DNA of 64,000 nucleotides from an uncultured Lachnospiraceae bacterium (GTDB lineage: Bacteria; Bacillota; Clostridia; Lachnospirales; Lachnospiraceae): NCBI GenBank assembly GCA_964586425.1, contig CAZPHI010000004.1, forward strand, positions 6,956 through 70,955, in the 5' to 3' direction. Below the pieces are notes generated by a model. It worked only from the letters and a program-made list of their open reading frames with translations. It was not told where the DNA came from and ran no database searches. A program made the position numbers and the translations under genes. This document shows positions 8,744 through 17,822 of the stretch, piece by piece. Numbering within the stretch: position 1 is the stretch's first letter; every line of letters starts with the position of its first letter.

Positions 8744-10574
8744 ATCAATTGAGGAACTTGAAATCACAGATATTGAAGATGTTCTTATTCTGGTAGGACG
8801 TAATAATGCTGGAAAAAGTGTGGTTCTTGATGCAATAAGAGCTGTATCTGGTTATTATGTGATTAGTGGGAATGATTTTAACAATAGTGAAGGTAATATT
8901 GTTATCAGTATGAAGCTTGCAATAGATGATAATGACTTAAGATATATGTGTGATAAAGGAACAGTAAGTAATTTTAAGCATTATGATTTATGGATTAAGG
9001 ATTTTAAGACAAAGCTTCCGTCGTACAAAGATGGTGAACTTGTATTTGATTTTGTATACAGTCGTGATGGTGTTGTAAGATATAGAGACGGAGTGCATAA
9101 GAATAATAGTTATATTAAGGCGGTTGTACCAAAGATATATTTTGTGGATCATTACAGAGACAAATCATCCATTCAGGAAGATTTGATTATGCTGCAGGGC
9201 AAAGGGGATTATGCAAAGCTTAAGAATAATGACTGCATTTTTGAGAAGAATAAGCCATGTAATCAGTGTTTTAATTGTATTGGAATGATTAATAAAAAGA
9301 AACCTGAACAATTGTCACTTGTAGAAACTGCAAGACTTATGCAGTATAAGCTTTTTGATATTAATCTTGCGCAGTTTGAAGATAAACTGAATGAGAATTT
9401 TGAAAGAAATGGTGGAAAAGGTGAACAAATTCATTATGAAATTAACTTTGATGTTGAAGAATTAATGAAGATTAATACTGTTGTATATAATAAGACCAGG
9501 AATACGGAAGGAGAATTATCTTCGCTGTCTGAAGGTCTTAACAGCATCTACATATTATCATTGTTGGAAACATATGCAGATAATGGTAATACAGCGCCAT
9601 ATATTATCTTAATTGAGGATCCAGAGATATATCTGCATCCACAGCTACAGAAGGTAGCGAGTGAGATTTTGTACAGATTATCTAAGAAAAACCAGGTAAT
9701 TTTCTCAACTCATTCACCAACCATGCTTTTTAATTTCACGACAAAGCAGATAAGACAGGTCATTGTAAATAGGGACAATAACACAACAATCAATGAAGAG
9801 GCGGATATCGATGATATACTAGATGATTTGGGATATGCAGCTAATGATCTGATGAATGTAAGCTTTGTGTTCATTGTTGAAGGAAAGCAGGATAGAAGCC
9901 GACTTCCACTATTACTTGAGCGTTTTTACTCAGAGATATATGACAGCTCTGGCAAGCTTAATCGTATTGCAATAATTGCTACTAACAGCTGCACCAATAT
10001 TAAAACTTATGCTAATCTAAAATATATTAACACACTGTATCTAAAGGATCAGTTTTTGATGATTAGAGATGGTGATGGCAAGAACAGAAAGCGACTTACA
10101 GACCAGCTCACGAACTATTACAGCGAACGTGCTAAACAGGATGTAGGAAATCTTCCGCGTGTAACAGACCGGAATGTGCTTATTCTAAAGTATTATTCTT
10201 TTGAAAATTATTTTCTTGATCCAGAGGTAATGACTAAGATAGGTGTGGTTAAAAGTGTTGATGAGTTCTATGATATTCTCTATAGTAAGTATAAAGAGTA
10301 TCTGTATAAGCTTGTTAGTACCAAAAAGATGCTGGACAAACTGGGACTTGTGATTGACTCACGACAGAAGCTTATCGATAATATGGAGAATATTAGAATA
10401 TATGTCAGAGGACATAATTTGTATGATATCTTCTATGGAAGGTATAAGGGTGAGCGTGAAAATGCTATCTTGAGGGCATACATTGAGACTGCCCCTAAAA
10501 AAAATTTTGATGATATATTTGAGGCTATTGATAGGTTTGTGTATTTCCAAAGCCGTAGAAATAATTTGAAATAA
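8709..10574 (+). CDS. ABC-type ATPase fused to a Toprim-like domain (OLD-family / fused AriA-AriB PARIS-like nuclease candidate)
   Basis: Walker A GRNNAGKS (8796-8819). Signature-like LSEGLNS. Walker B/D-loop YIILIEDPEIYLHPQLQ. H-loop FSTHSP. C-terminal half has FIVEGKQD (Glu codon 9879-9881), IRDGDG (10065-10079) and YSFENYFLDPE. Confidence 0.75.
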   Translation: MKINYIKIKNYKSIEELEITDIEDVLILVGRNNAGKSVVLDAIRAVSGYYVISGNDFNNSEGNIVISMKLAIDDNDLRYMCDKGTVSNFKHYDLWIKDFKTKLPSYKDGELVFDFVYSRDGVVRYRDGVHKNNSYIKAVVPKIYFVDHYRDKSSIQEDLIMLQGKGDYAKLKNNDCIFEKNKPCNQCFNCIGMINKKKPEQLSLVETARLMQYKLFDINLAQFEDKLNENFERNGGKGEQIHYEINFDVEELMKINTVVYNKTRNTEGELSSLSEGLNSIYILSLLETYADNGNTAPYIILIEDPEIYLHPQLQKVASEILYRLSKKNQVIFSTHSPTMLFNFTTKQIRQVIVNRDNNTTINEEADIDDILDDLGYAANDLMNVSFVFIVEGKQDRSRLPLLLERFYSEIYDSSGKLNRIAIIATNSCTNIKTYANLKYINTLYLKDQFLMIRDGDGKNRKRLTDQLTNYYSERAKQDVGNLPRVTDRNVLILKYYSFENYFLDPEVMTKIGVVKSVDEFYDILYSKYKEYLYKLVSTKKMLDKLGLVIDSRQKLIDNMENIRIYVRGHNLYDIFYGRYKGERENAILRAYIETAPKKNFDDIFEAIDRFVYFQSRRNNLK

Positions 10575-10582
10575 TATATTGT

Positions 10583-10930
10583 CTACATAATAATATTATG
10601 TATATTATCAAGAGCTGTTTTAATAAGTATTAACTGCTCTTCTGTACATTTTGAAAAAATATTCTGCAAAAGATATTGATCTGGGTCAGAATATTTTTTT
10701 TGAGTATTTCTAAGAAGATAATCTGTAGAGACATCAAAATAATCTGCGATTTTAATAAGAGTATGAAGACTTATTCGGGCATTACCACTTTCAATATTGG
10801 ATATATGTGAAGCTGAGATATTAAGTAAAGCAGCAAGCTCAGAATGAGTCATATGATGTGAAACGCGCAGGCTTTTCATACGTTTACCGAGTTCAACATA
10901 GTTGATATAAGAATCCTGATTATATTTCAT
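10583..10930 (-). CDS. XRE-family helix-turn-helix transcriptional regulator
   Basis: MTHSELAALLNISASHISNIESGNARISLHTLIKIADYFDVSTDYLL. SD GGAGGG. Confidence 0.9.
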   Translation of the reverse strand: MKYNQDSYINYVELGKRMKSLRVSHHMTHSELAALLNISASHISNIESGNARISLHTLIKIADYFDVSTDYLLRNTQKKYSDPDQYLLQNIFSKCTEEQLILIKTALDNIHNIIM

Positions 10931-10945
10931 AAAAAAACCCTCCGT

Positions 10946-10991
10946 ATGTTATAAAATATAATTAATAAAACTATATAACGTATTATAACAT
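10946..10991. promoter_or_regulatory. Inverted repeat in the XRE promoter/5' region; candidate operator
   Basis: ATGTTATAA (10946-10954) and TTATAACAT (10983-10991): 9-bp perfect arms with a 28-nt spacer, just upstream of the XRE gene start. Confidence 0.25.
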
Positions 10992-11073
10992 ATGGGAGAT
11001 TATTAAGAAGTATATATAAACTTTTTGTTGCATTATAATTATATATATATGTAAACACATACATTTATTTGAT

Positions 11074-12132
11074 CTAGTATTGCTTAATCAGATTCATTAT
11101 AGTCTCAATTGCGTTGTTCTGCGTGCTTGATGACATCTTCTTTGTGTATGAAGCACGTAAATCATAGGTTTCATTAACGGCATTAAGCAAGGTCTCAGGA
11201 GTGACATCTTCTTCCATAAGAACTTTACTATAGCCTTGCTTAGCGAATGAACGAGCATTAAGAATTTGATCACCACGGCTTGCATTAGCAGAAAGTGGAA
11301 TGAGGATATTAGGTTTTCTTAATGCAAGTAACTCACATATAGCATTAGCACCGGCTCTTGATATTACAATATCGGACATTGCAAAGAGGTCTCTAAGTTC
11401 TTTGTCTATGTATTCAAATTGAACATAGCCATCAGTATTGTTAAGTGATGAATCTGTTTTTCCTTTGCCACATAGATGAACTATCTGGTATCTGTTAAGA
11501 AGTTCAGGTAATACTTTTCGAACAGCTTCATTAACCTTGACAGCACCAGTACTTCCTCCGACAACCATAATAATTGGTTTTTCAGAATTAAAACCACAGA
11601 ATTCGCGTCCTTTAATAGCATTGCCACTAAGAAGTTCGGCTCTTATTGGGGAACCTGTAAGTACTGCTTTGGATTTTGGAAGATATTCAATAGTTTCTGG
11701 AAAGTTGCAGCAGATTTTGACAGCGCTTCTCATCGCGATTTTGTTGGCAAGACCAGGAGTCATATCTGATTCATGAATAATTGCAGGAATATGTCTGCTT
11801 TTTGCTGCAAGAACTACAGGAACAGAGACAAATCCACCTTTTGAGAATACAACGTCAGGTTTTATTTGTTTCATTAATTTTTTTGCCTGAAATAATCCAT
11901 GAAGTACACGGAATGGATCAGAGAGATTCTTAAGGCTCTTATATCGTCTCAATTTGCCTGAAGAGATACCATAGTAGGTAATTCCTAGGTCCTCAATAAG
12001 CTTCTTCTCAATTCCTTCATATGAACCTATGTAAGATATGTCATAACCAGCTTCTACAAGACTAGGAAGTAATGCTATGTTAGGTGTTACATGTCCAGCG
12101 GTTCCACCGCCTGTTAGTACAATTTTTTTCAT
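11074..12132 (-). CDS. murG: UDP-N-acetylglucosamine--N-acetylmuramyl-(pentapeptide) pyrophosphoryl-undecaprenol GlcNAc transferase
   Basis: MKKIVLTGGGTAGHVTPNIAL..., GGFVSVPVVLAA, GGSTGA. Start set at the ATG at 12132, preceded by GAAAGGA; the longest ORF starts at 12162. Confidence 0.93.
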   Translation of the reverse strand: MKKIVLTGGGTAGHVTPNIALLPSLVEAGYDISYIGSYEGIEKKLIEDLGITYYGISSGKLRRYKSLKNLSDPFRVLHGLFQAKKLMKQIKPDVVFSKGGFVSVPVVLAAKSRHIPAIIHESDMTPGLANKIAMRSAVKICCNFPETIEYLPKSKAVLTGSPIRAELLSGNAIKGREFCGFNSEKPIIMVVGGSTGAVKVNEAVRKVLPELLNRYQIVHLCGKGKTDSSLNNTDGYVQFEYIDKELRDLFAMSDIVISRAGANAICELLALRKPNILIPLSANASRGDQILNARSFAKQGYSKVLMEEDVTPETLLNAVNETYDLRASYTKKMSSSTQNNAIETIMNLIKQY

Positions 12133-12158
12133 ATTAATCCTTTCTATAATAAATAATT

Positions 12159-12268
12159 GCAAAACTCTGAAATTATTATTGAACCGCTACGCTTAAGCAC
12201 GAGCGGAAGCGTGTACGCGTGAATTACGTCCTGGTTGTACATATATAATATTAAAAATAGAGTTTTGC
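12159..12268 (-). other. GC-rich structured island closed by a 10-bp perfect long-range inverted repeat, between the radical-SAM gene and murG
   Basis: GCAAAACTCT (12159-12168) pairs with AGAGTTTTGC (12259-12268). The 90-nt interior holds mutually exclusive stems ACGCTT/AAGCGT and CCGCT/AGCGG and is far more GC-rich than its flanks. Confidence 0.3.
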
Positions 12269-12306
12269 CATTATCTATATATTATATTACTATTATATGC
12301 ATTAAT

Positions 12307-13101
12307 CTATTTTTTAAAACGTTCTTTATAGCTACAATGTATGCAAAGGGGTTCCACAGCTTTTCGATTTCTTGTGAAATTCCATATTATATCCTGGCAT
12401 CTTTGGCCGGTAAGAATATCGTTAAGTGGTATATCAAGTATATTACCAAGATTAACGGTGCCATTGCCATCAAGGCAGCATGGAACAACGGAGCCATCAC
12501 AGAGGATTGCCATGTGTGACTTGAGTCCCTGACAGGTTCCATCTGTACAGGAATATGAATTACTTGTATCAGGCCACTCAAAGGGACTACCAACATTGAT
12601 ATGAAGACGTTTTCTGATATCTATATTACTTTGACCAAAGATATATGGATTAACAGGTGTTACCCATAGTCGAATGGATATCTCAGTATCAGTTAACTCA
12701 TTAATCTTATTGCAGCAGTAAAAGACATCATGTACGTATTGGTCAATATCAACAGATGAATTATCATCTGCGCTGTGGAAGGATATGTTAATCTGCTTGA
12801 CTGGATGTCTTAATAATATATCAAGCCTGTCTAATAGAAGTGTTCCATTAGTCGTGATACACACCTGTATTCCAGCCTGTTCACATATTGCAAGAATCTC
12901 TTCTAGATGCGGGTGAAGCAGGGGTTCACCTTTAACATGAAGATATATATAATTAGTATAATTCTTAATGTCATCTATTATATGCTGAAATTCATCAACC
13001 TTCATATAATGTTTTGGCCGTTTTGTTTCCTGACAAAAAGAGCAGTCAAGATTACATGAATTGGTAATCTCTACATATATTCGTTTAAATCGTTTTGCCA
13101 T
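12307..13101 (-). CDS. Radical SAM protein with a Cys-rich (SPASM-like) C-terminal region
   Basis: CNLDCSFC (CxxxCxxC) near the N-terminus. C-terminal CTDGTCQG...CDGSVVPCCLDGNG...CIHC. Confidence 0.9.
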   Translation of the reverse strand: MAKRFKRIYVEITNSCNLDCSFCQETKRPKHYMKVDEFQHIIDDIKNYTNYIYLHVKGEPLLHPHLEEILAICEQAGIQVCITTNGTLLLDRLDILLRHPVKQINISFHSADDNSSVDIDQYVHDVFYCCNKINELTDTEISIRLWVTPVNPYIFGQSNIDIRKRLHINVGSPFEWPDTSNSYSCTDGTCQGLKSHMAILCDGSVVPCCLDGNGTVNLGNILDIPLNDILTGQRCQDIIWNFTRNRKAVEPLCIHCSYKERFKK

Positions 13102-13103
13102 AG

Positions 13104-13349
13104 TTAGTTATTTGCTTTGTACTGTTTAAGTGCAGTAGCTAACTGGTCAGGACAAGAAGTTGACTTAAAACCGCATTTGATACCATCCATGCGCTTAATA
13201 GCTTCATCGATATCCATTCCTTCGATAAGTTTTGCGACTCCCTGTGTGTTACCAGAACATCCTCCCTCGAAAGAAACATTAGTTACTTTATTGTCGACTA
13301 CATCAAATTCGATTGAGCGTGAACATACGCCTCTTGTCATATATTTCAT
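13104..13349 (-). CDS. Small TSCPD-domain four-Cys protein (TIGR03905-like)
   Basis: 81 aa containing GVCSRSIEF...FEGGCSGN...KSTSCPDQL. Its stop is 2 nt from the radical-SAM gene start. Confidence 0.85.
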   Translation of the reverse strand: MKYMTRGVCSRSIEFDVVDNKVTNVSFEGGCSGNTQGVAKLIEGMDIDEAIKRMDGIKCGFKSTSCPDQLATALKQYKANN

Positions 13350-13455
13350 AAGTTTTTTACACTACCTTTCTAATTATAATTACGTTGGCATTATAGCACA
13401 TATAATGCTATAATAATAGTATTGAATCATAAATTATATGGAGGAAAAACACAAT

Positions 13456-14148
13456 ATGATAGGTATCATTGGAGCAATGGATGAGGAAGTTAATAACATC
13501 GTTGAGAGTATGGTAATTGATAAAACCGAAGAGAAAGCGGGAATGAAATTCAATAAGGGTACGCTTGCTGGAAAAGATGTAGTTATTGTAAGAAGTGGAA
13601 TTGGCAAAGTTAATGCGGCTGTATGTACTCAGATTCTTTGCGATGATTTTAATGTAGATTATGTAATTAATACAGGAATTGCAGGTTCACTTAAGAATGA
13701 GATTAATATAGGAGATATAGTAGTTTCAAGTGATGTCGTTCATCATGATGTAGATGCTACAGGATTTGGATATCAGGTTGGTCAGATACCAAGAATGGAT
13801 ACATTGGGTTTTGCAGCTGACAAGAAATTAATTGAATTAGCTAAGGAATCATGCAAAAAGGTAGTGCCAGAGATAGAAGTATTTGAAGGACGAGTTGTAA
13901 GTGGTGACCAGTTTATCTCTGATAAGTCAGTAAAAGAAACAATTTCAGCTAATTTTGATGGCTTCTGTACAGAGATGGAAGGAGCAGCAATTGCACAGGC
14001 AGCATATCTTAATAAGGTGCCTTTTGTAATTCTTCGTGCAATTTCTGATAAGGCTGATGATTCCGCAACAGTTGATTATCCTACATTTGAAGCTCAGGCA
14101 ATAAAGCATTCTGTATTATTAATTAAAGAATTAGTAGGAAGAATCTAA
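13456..14148 (+). CDS. mtnN: 5'-methylthioadenosine/S-adenosylhomocysteine nucleosidase
   Basis: MIGIIGAMDEEV..., SGIGKVNAA, TEMEGAAIAQ, RAISDKAD. Start set at the ATG at 13456 after GGAGG. Confidence 0.92.
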   Translation: MIGIIGAMDEEVNNIVESMVIDKTEEKAGMKFNKGTLAGKDVVIVRSGIGKVNAAVCTQILCDDFNVDYVINTGIAGSLKNEINIGDIVVSSDVVHHDVDATGFGYQVGQIPRMDTLGFAADKKLIELAKESCKKVVPEIEVFEGRVVSGDQFISDKSVKETISANFDGFCTEMEGAAIAQAAYLNKVPFVILRAISDKADDSATVDYPTFEAQAIKHSVLLIKELVGRI

Positions 14149-14227
14149 TTATAAGATAAATAACTGTCATATAATAAGATGTCGCTGCATATAATCTAAG
14201 AAAAAGCTTAGAGAGGATGTAGCAAGG

Positions 14228-14557
14228 ATGATTTATATAATAGCAGGAATAATAGGATTATTTGTAATAGTATTACTTATTGAAACAATCGTGTTAACCT
14301 CAGTTTTAAAGGAGATAAAGCATTTGATTAATGCAAAAACAATTGAGGAAAAGAGACGTAATATTCTTGGGGATAATCTGGCCAATGCTGTGACGGAACA
14401 AAACATATATAATAATAAACAAGCATATGCCCCAAAGCTTACAAAACAAAATGAAAATGAGTTTAAAAGATTAAGTCAAAAATACAAGAAAATTCAGCAG
14501 GAACGCGACTGTAGGGATGATATAATTGGACAAGTTCTAGACGAATTTCTTACTTGA
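14228..14557 (+). CDS. Hypothetical membrane-anchored protein
   Basis: N-terminal hydrophobic helix (IYIIAGIIGLFVIVLLIETIVL) followed by a charged tail. No recognised domain. Confidence 0.5.
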   Translation: MIYIIAGIIGLFVIVLLIETIVLTSVLKEIKHLINAKTIEEKRRNILGDNLANAVTEQNIYNNKQAYAPKLTKQNENEFKRLSQKYKKIQQERDCRDDIIGQVLDEFLT

Positions 14558-14649
14558 ATAATGACTATATAATGGTATAATAATTGTATACACAATTGTC
14601 TTACGAAGAGACGTAAAAAGTGAATATACATAGTGGAGGTTTGTGAAGT

Positions 14650-15999
14650 ATGAGCAATAAAGTTACATTTGATTATTCAAAAACAGGTAGTTTTATTAAA
14701 GCACATGAGATGGAATCAATGAAAGCGATTACAGAAAGTGCCAAAGAGTTGTTATTATCAAGAAAAGGCGCTGGTAATGATTATCTTGGATGGATTGATC
14801 TTCCAGTAGACTATGACAAAGATGAGTTTGACAGAATTAAGAAGGCAGCAGCTAAGATTCAGTCTGATTCAGAAGTACTGTTGGTAATTGGTATCGGTGG
14901 TTCATATCTTGGAGCGAGAGCCGCAATTGAGTTTTTAAGACATAATTTCTATAATTCAGTATCAAAAGAAGTTAGAAAGACACCAGAGATTTATTTTGTT
15001 GGTAATAGTATCAGTTCTACATATATAGCTAATCTTATTGATGTAATTGGTGACAGAGATTTTTCTGTTAATATTATCTCTAAGTCAGGAACAACAACAG
15101 AGCCAGCTATAGCTTTCAGAGTATTCAAATCAATGCTTGAGAAAAAGTATGGCAAAGAAGAAGCTGCAAAGAGAATATATGCTACAACAGATAAAGCTAA
15201 GGGAGCATTAAAGAACCTTGCTGATGCAGAAGGTTATGAGAAATTCGTAGTACCAGATGATGTAGGCGGACGTTTTTCAGTTCTTACAGCTGTTGGTCTT
15301 CTTGCAATCGCTGCAAGTGGTGCAGATATAGATAAGTTAATGGAAGGTGCAGCATCAGCTAGAAAGAGATGTCTTGAATTACCATTTGAAGAGAATGATT
15401 CTATGCTTTATGCAGCAGTTAGAAATACACTTCTTAGAAAAGGTAAAGAGGTGGAAATCCTTTGCGATTATGAACCAAGTCTTCATTATACACTTGAATG
15501 GTGGAAACAGTTATTTGGTGAGAGTGAAGGTAAGGATAATAAAGGATTATTACCAGCTTCTGTTGATCTTACAACAGATCTTCATTCAATGGGACAGTTT
15601 ATTCAGGATGGCTCAAGAATTATGTTTGAGACAGTTCTTAATGTTGAACAGTCAAGATGTAATATTGTTATTGAAGAAGAAGCTAATGATCTTGATGGCT
15701 TAAATTATCTCGCTGGAAAGAGCGTTGATTTTGTTAATAAGAGTGCTATGAACGGAACAATTCTTGCTCATACAGATGGTAATGTTCCTAATGTAATGGT
15801 TAAGATTCCAGAGCAGAACGAATTCTATCTTGGTGAATTGTTCTACTTCTTCGAGTTTGCATGTGGAATTAGTGGATACATTCTTGGTGTTAATCCATTC
15901 AATCAGCCAGGCGTAGAAAGCTATAAGAAGAATATGTTCGCATTACTTGGCAAACCAGGATATGAGAAAGAAAGAGAAGAACTCTTAAAACGTCTATAA
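14650..15999 (+). CDS. pgi: Glucose-6-phosphate isomerase
   Basis: Firmicute-type PGI of 449 aa: [38 protein letters not shown]. Confidence 0.95.
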   Translation: MSNKVTFDYSKTGSFIKAHEMESMKAITESAKELLLSRKGAGNDYLGWIDLPVDYDKDEFDRIKKAAAKIQSDSEVLLVIGIGGSYLGARAAIEFLRHNFYNSVSKEVRKTPEIYFVGNSISSTYIANLIDVIGDRDFSVNIISKSGTTTEPAIAFRVFKSMLEKKYGKEEAAKRIYATTDKAKGALKNLADAEGYEKFVVPDDVGGRFSVLTAVGLLAIAASGADIDKLMEGAASARKRCLELPFEENDSMLYAAVRNTLLRKGKEVEILCDYEPSLHYTLEWWKQLFGESEGKDNKGLLPASVDLTTDLHSMGQFIQDGSRIMFETVLNVEQSRCNIVIEEEANDLDGLNYLAGKSVDFVNKSAMNGTILAHTDGNVPNVMVKIPEQNEFYLGELFYFFEFACGISGYILGVNPFNQPGVESYKKNMFALLGKPGYEKEREELLKRL

Positions 16000-16011
16000 G
16001 GATATAATGCT

Positions 16012-16971
16012 ATGAATATTGTTATTTTAGATACGAATACACTGGGTGATGATATTGATTTAAGTATTTTTGATAAATTAGGTAATGTAACAGTTTATCA
16101 GTCATCGACTAGTGAAGAAGCAGCTCTGCGTCTAATGGACGCAGATGTTGCTGTTGTTAATAAAGTTTTGATTAATTCTGATACGTTAAAGTACGCTTCG
16201 CATATTAAACTGGTTGCACTTACGGCAACTGGATATAATAATGTTGATTTAGATTATACAAAATCAAGAGATATTACGGTATGTAATGTTGCTTCCTATT
16301 CGACAGATTCAGTTGTACAGCACACATTTGCGTTGCTTTTCTATGTACTTGAGAAACTTAACTATTATGATAATTATGTTAAATCAGGAGATTATGTTAA
16401 CAGCAATTCATTCTCGCATTTTGATAGAAGGTTCATGGAACTGGCAGGCAAGACCTGGGGGATTATCGGTCTAGGTGAGATTGGCCGAGGTGTAGCTAAG
16501 ATAGCAACGGCTTTTGGATGTAATGTAATATACTATTCCACATCAGGACGTAATAATAATTCGGATTATACCAGTGTTGAGTTTGATGAGCTTTTACGAA
16601 AATCAGATATTATATCGGTACATTGTGCACTAACGGATAAAACAAATAAGAAGATGGACTATAAAGCATTTTCCAAAATGAAGAATAATGCGATATTCCT
16701 AAACCTTGGACGTGGACCAATAGTTGATGATGAGGGATTGTGCAGAGCACTTGAAGAAGGTCTTATTGATGGAGCTGGATTGGATGTTGTAACGAAAGAA
16801 CCAATTGAGGCAGAGAATCCATTAATGAGATTCAAGGACAGCAGCAGATTAATTATTACACCTCATATTGCATGGGCTACATTAGAGGCAAGAACCAGAC
16901 TGATTGAGACTGTATGCGATAATATCAGATTATATCAGGCTGGAACACCACAGAATGTTGTAACAAAATAA
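16012..16971 (+). CDS. D-isomer-specific 2-hydroxyacid dehydrogenase (glycerate/hydroxypyruvate reductase-like)
   Basis: NAD-binding GIIGLGEIGRGVA, LNLGRGPIVD, TPHIAWAT. Confidence 0.9.
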   Translation: MNIVILDTNTLGDDIDLSIFDKLGNVTVYQSSTSEEAALRLMDADVAVVNKVLINSDTLKYASHIKLVALTATGYNNVDLDYTKSRDITVCNVASYSTDSVVQHTFALLFYVLEKLNYYDNYVKSGDYVNSNSFSHFDRRFMELAGKTWGIIGLGEIGRGVAKIATAFGCNVIYYSTSGRNNNSDYTSVEFDELLRKSDIISVHCALTDKTNKKMDYKAFSKMKNNAIFLNLGRGPIVDDEGLCRALEEGLIDGAGLDVVTKEPIEAENPLMRFKDSSRLIITPHIAWATLEARTRLIETVCDNIRLYQAGTPQNVVTK

Positions 16972-16976
16972 ATTGA

Positions 16977-17246
16977 TTAATCTTCTTCGATTACCTGAAT
17001 CTCAAGGTAGTCGAAGTCGATTGATTCAACAAAGTTATCTTGAGTAAATCGTACTTTGGAGTACTTCTGGAATGTTTTTATATTAGAGTCAAGCCACATA
17101 GGTTTGCCGAGATTGAATTCATAGCAGGCACTTTCAAGGCCATCAAGTATCTTAGCGGTTCTTGATAAAGCAGGATTATTATTTTCGATGACAGTATCTT
17201 TTATAAGGTGTGTATTCTCGAATATTTTGCACCATAATCTAAACAT
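16977..17246 (-). CDS. Hypothetical small protein
   Basis: 89-aa ORF starting at MFRLW, preceded by GGAGG. No recognised domain. Confidence 0.55.
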   Translation of the reverse strand: MFRLWCKIFENTHLIKDTVIENNNPALSRTAKILDGLESACYEFNLGKPMWLDSNIKTFQKYSKVRFTQDNFVESIDFDYLEIQVIEED

Positions 17247-17432
17247 AGGAACCTCCATTGTGAAGTGTTTGTTTTATTTTTAAGAATTTTAGTATACCAC
17301 TAAAGTTCTTTTTTTTATACCCTAATATTTTGGTTGTTTATGATGTGCATAATTTGGATGTTATTAGATGATACTAATGAAAGATACCTTAAGCAATAGG
17401 AAATTATAAAGAATAAGGGGAGGAAAAAAAGC

Positions 17433-17636
17433 ATGAAGAATAAAGATGAAAGAATGAGCGTTAATAAAAAAGAAGATGATTTTTATAAGACAGATGAGGA
17501 TTATCTTGATGAGAGTAATACCTGCAGCTTTACAGATTGCACAGGGCTCATAAGGACTGGGAGAGTTGAGGAAGACGAACTTGATGAATATAGCGAAATA
17601 TACAGAATGGAGCCGGATCAAATTAATTTAAAATAG
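17433..17636 (+). CDS. Hypothetical small acidic protein
   Basis: 67-aa ORF with a strong SD (GGGGAGGA) 8 nt upstream. No recognised domain. Confidence 0.5.
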   Translation: MKNKDERMSVNKKEDDFYKTDEDYLDESNTCSFTDCTGLIRTGRVEEDELDEYSEIYRMEPDQINLK

Positions 17637-17639
17637 TGC

Positions 17640-17668
17640 TTGCATTAAACTATTAGTCGTGATAAACT
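17640..17668 (+). promoter_or_regulatory. Candidate sigma-A promoter for the EIIC-like permease leader
   Basis: TTGCAT (17640-17645), 17 nt, TAAACT (17663-17668), with an extended -10 TGa. Confidence 0.4.
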
Positions 17669-17678
17669 AGCTGACAAG

Positions 17679-17740
17679 ACACCTGACTATACAGCTATAT
17701 GCTGATGCGACCTGACAGTGCAAAAGTCAGGTGTTATTTA
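17679..17740 (+). promoter_or_regulatory. Terminator-like hairpin inside the 5' leader of the EIIC-like gene (possible attenuator or unclassified riboregulator)
   Basis: ACACCTGACT (17679-17688) pairs with AGTCAGGTGT (17725-17734), followed by TATTTA. The 36-nt loop contains a second CCTGAC copy that could form an alternative pairing. Confidence 0.35.
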
Positions 17741-17822
17741 CAGCTGTTTGTAATAGTTTGAGCTGCGCACAAGACTAAGGACAGCTGAATCTAATAATGA
17801 AGACGCAGCATGGAGATTAATA

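Noticed and set aside
12181-12240. GC-rich segment considered as a possible tRNA or tRNA fragment (contains GGTTCAA on the minus strand)
   Set aside because: No acceptor, anticodon or T-arm pairing can be drawn, and the length and cloverleaf requirements are not met. It is kept only as an unclassified structured island.
12235-12532. Plus-strand ORFs of 94 and 63 aa overlapping the 3' end of the radical-SAM gene and the intergenic island
   Set aside because: The radical-SAM reading frame on the minus strand carries the conserved Cys motifs. The plus-strand ORFs are AT-rich read-through with no SD.
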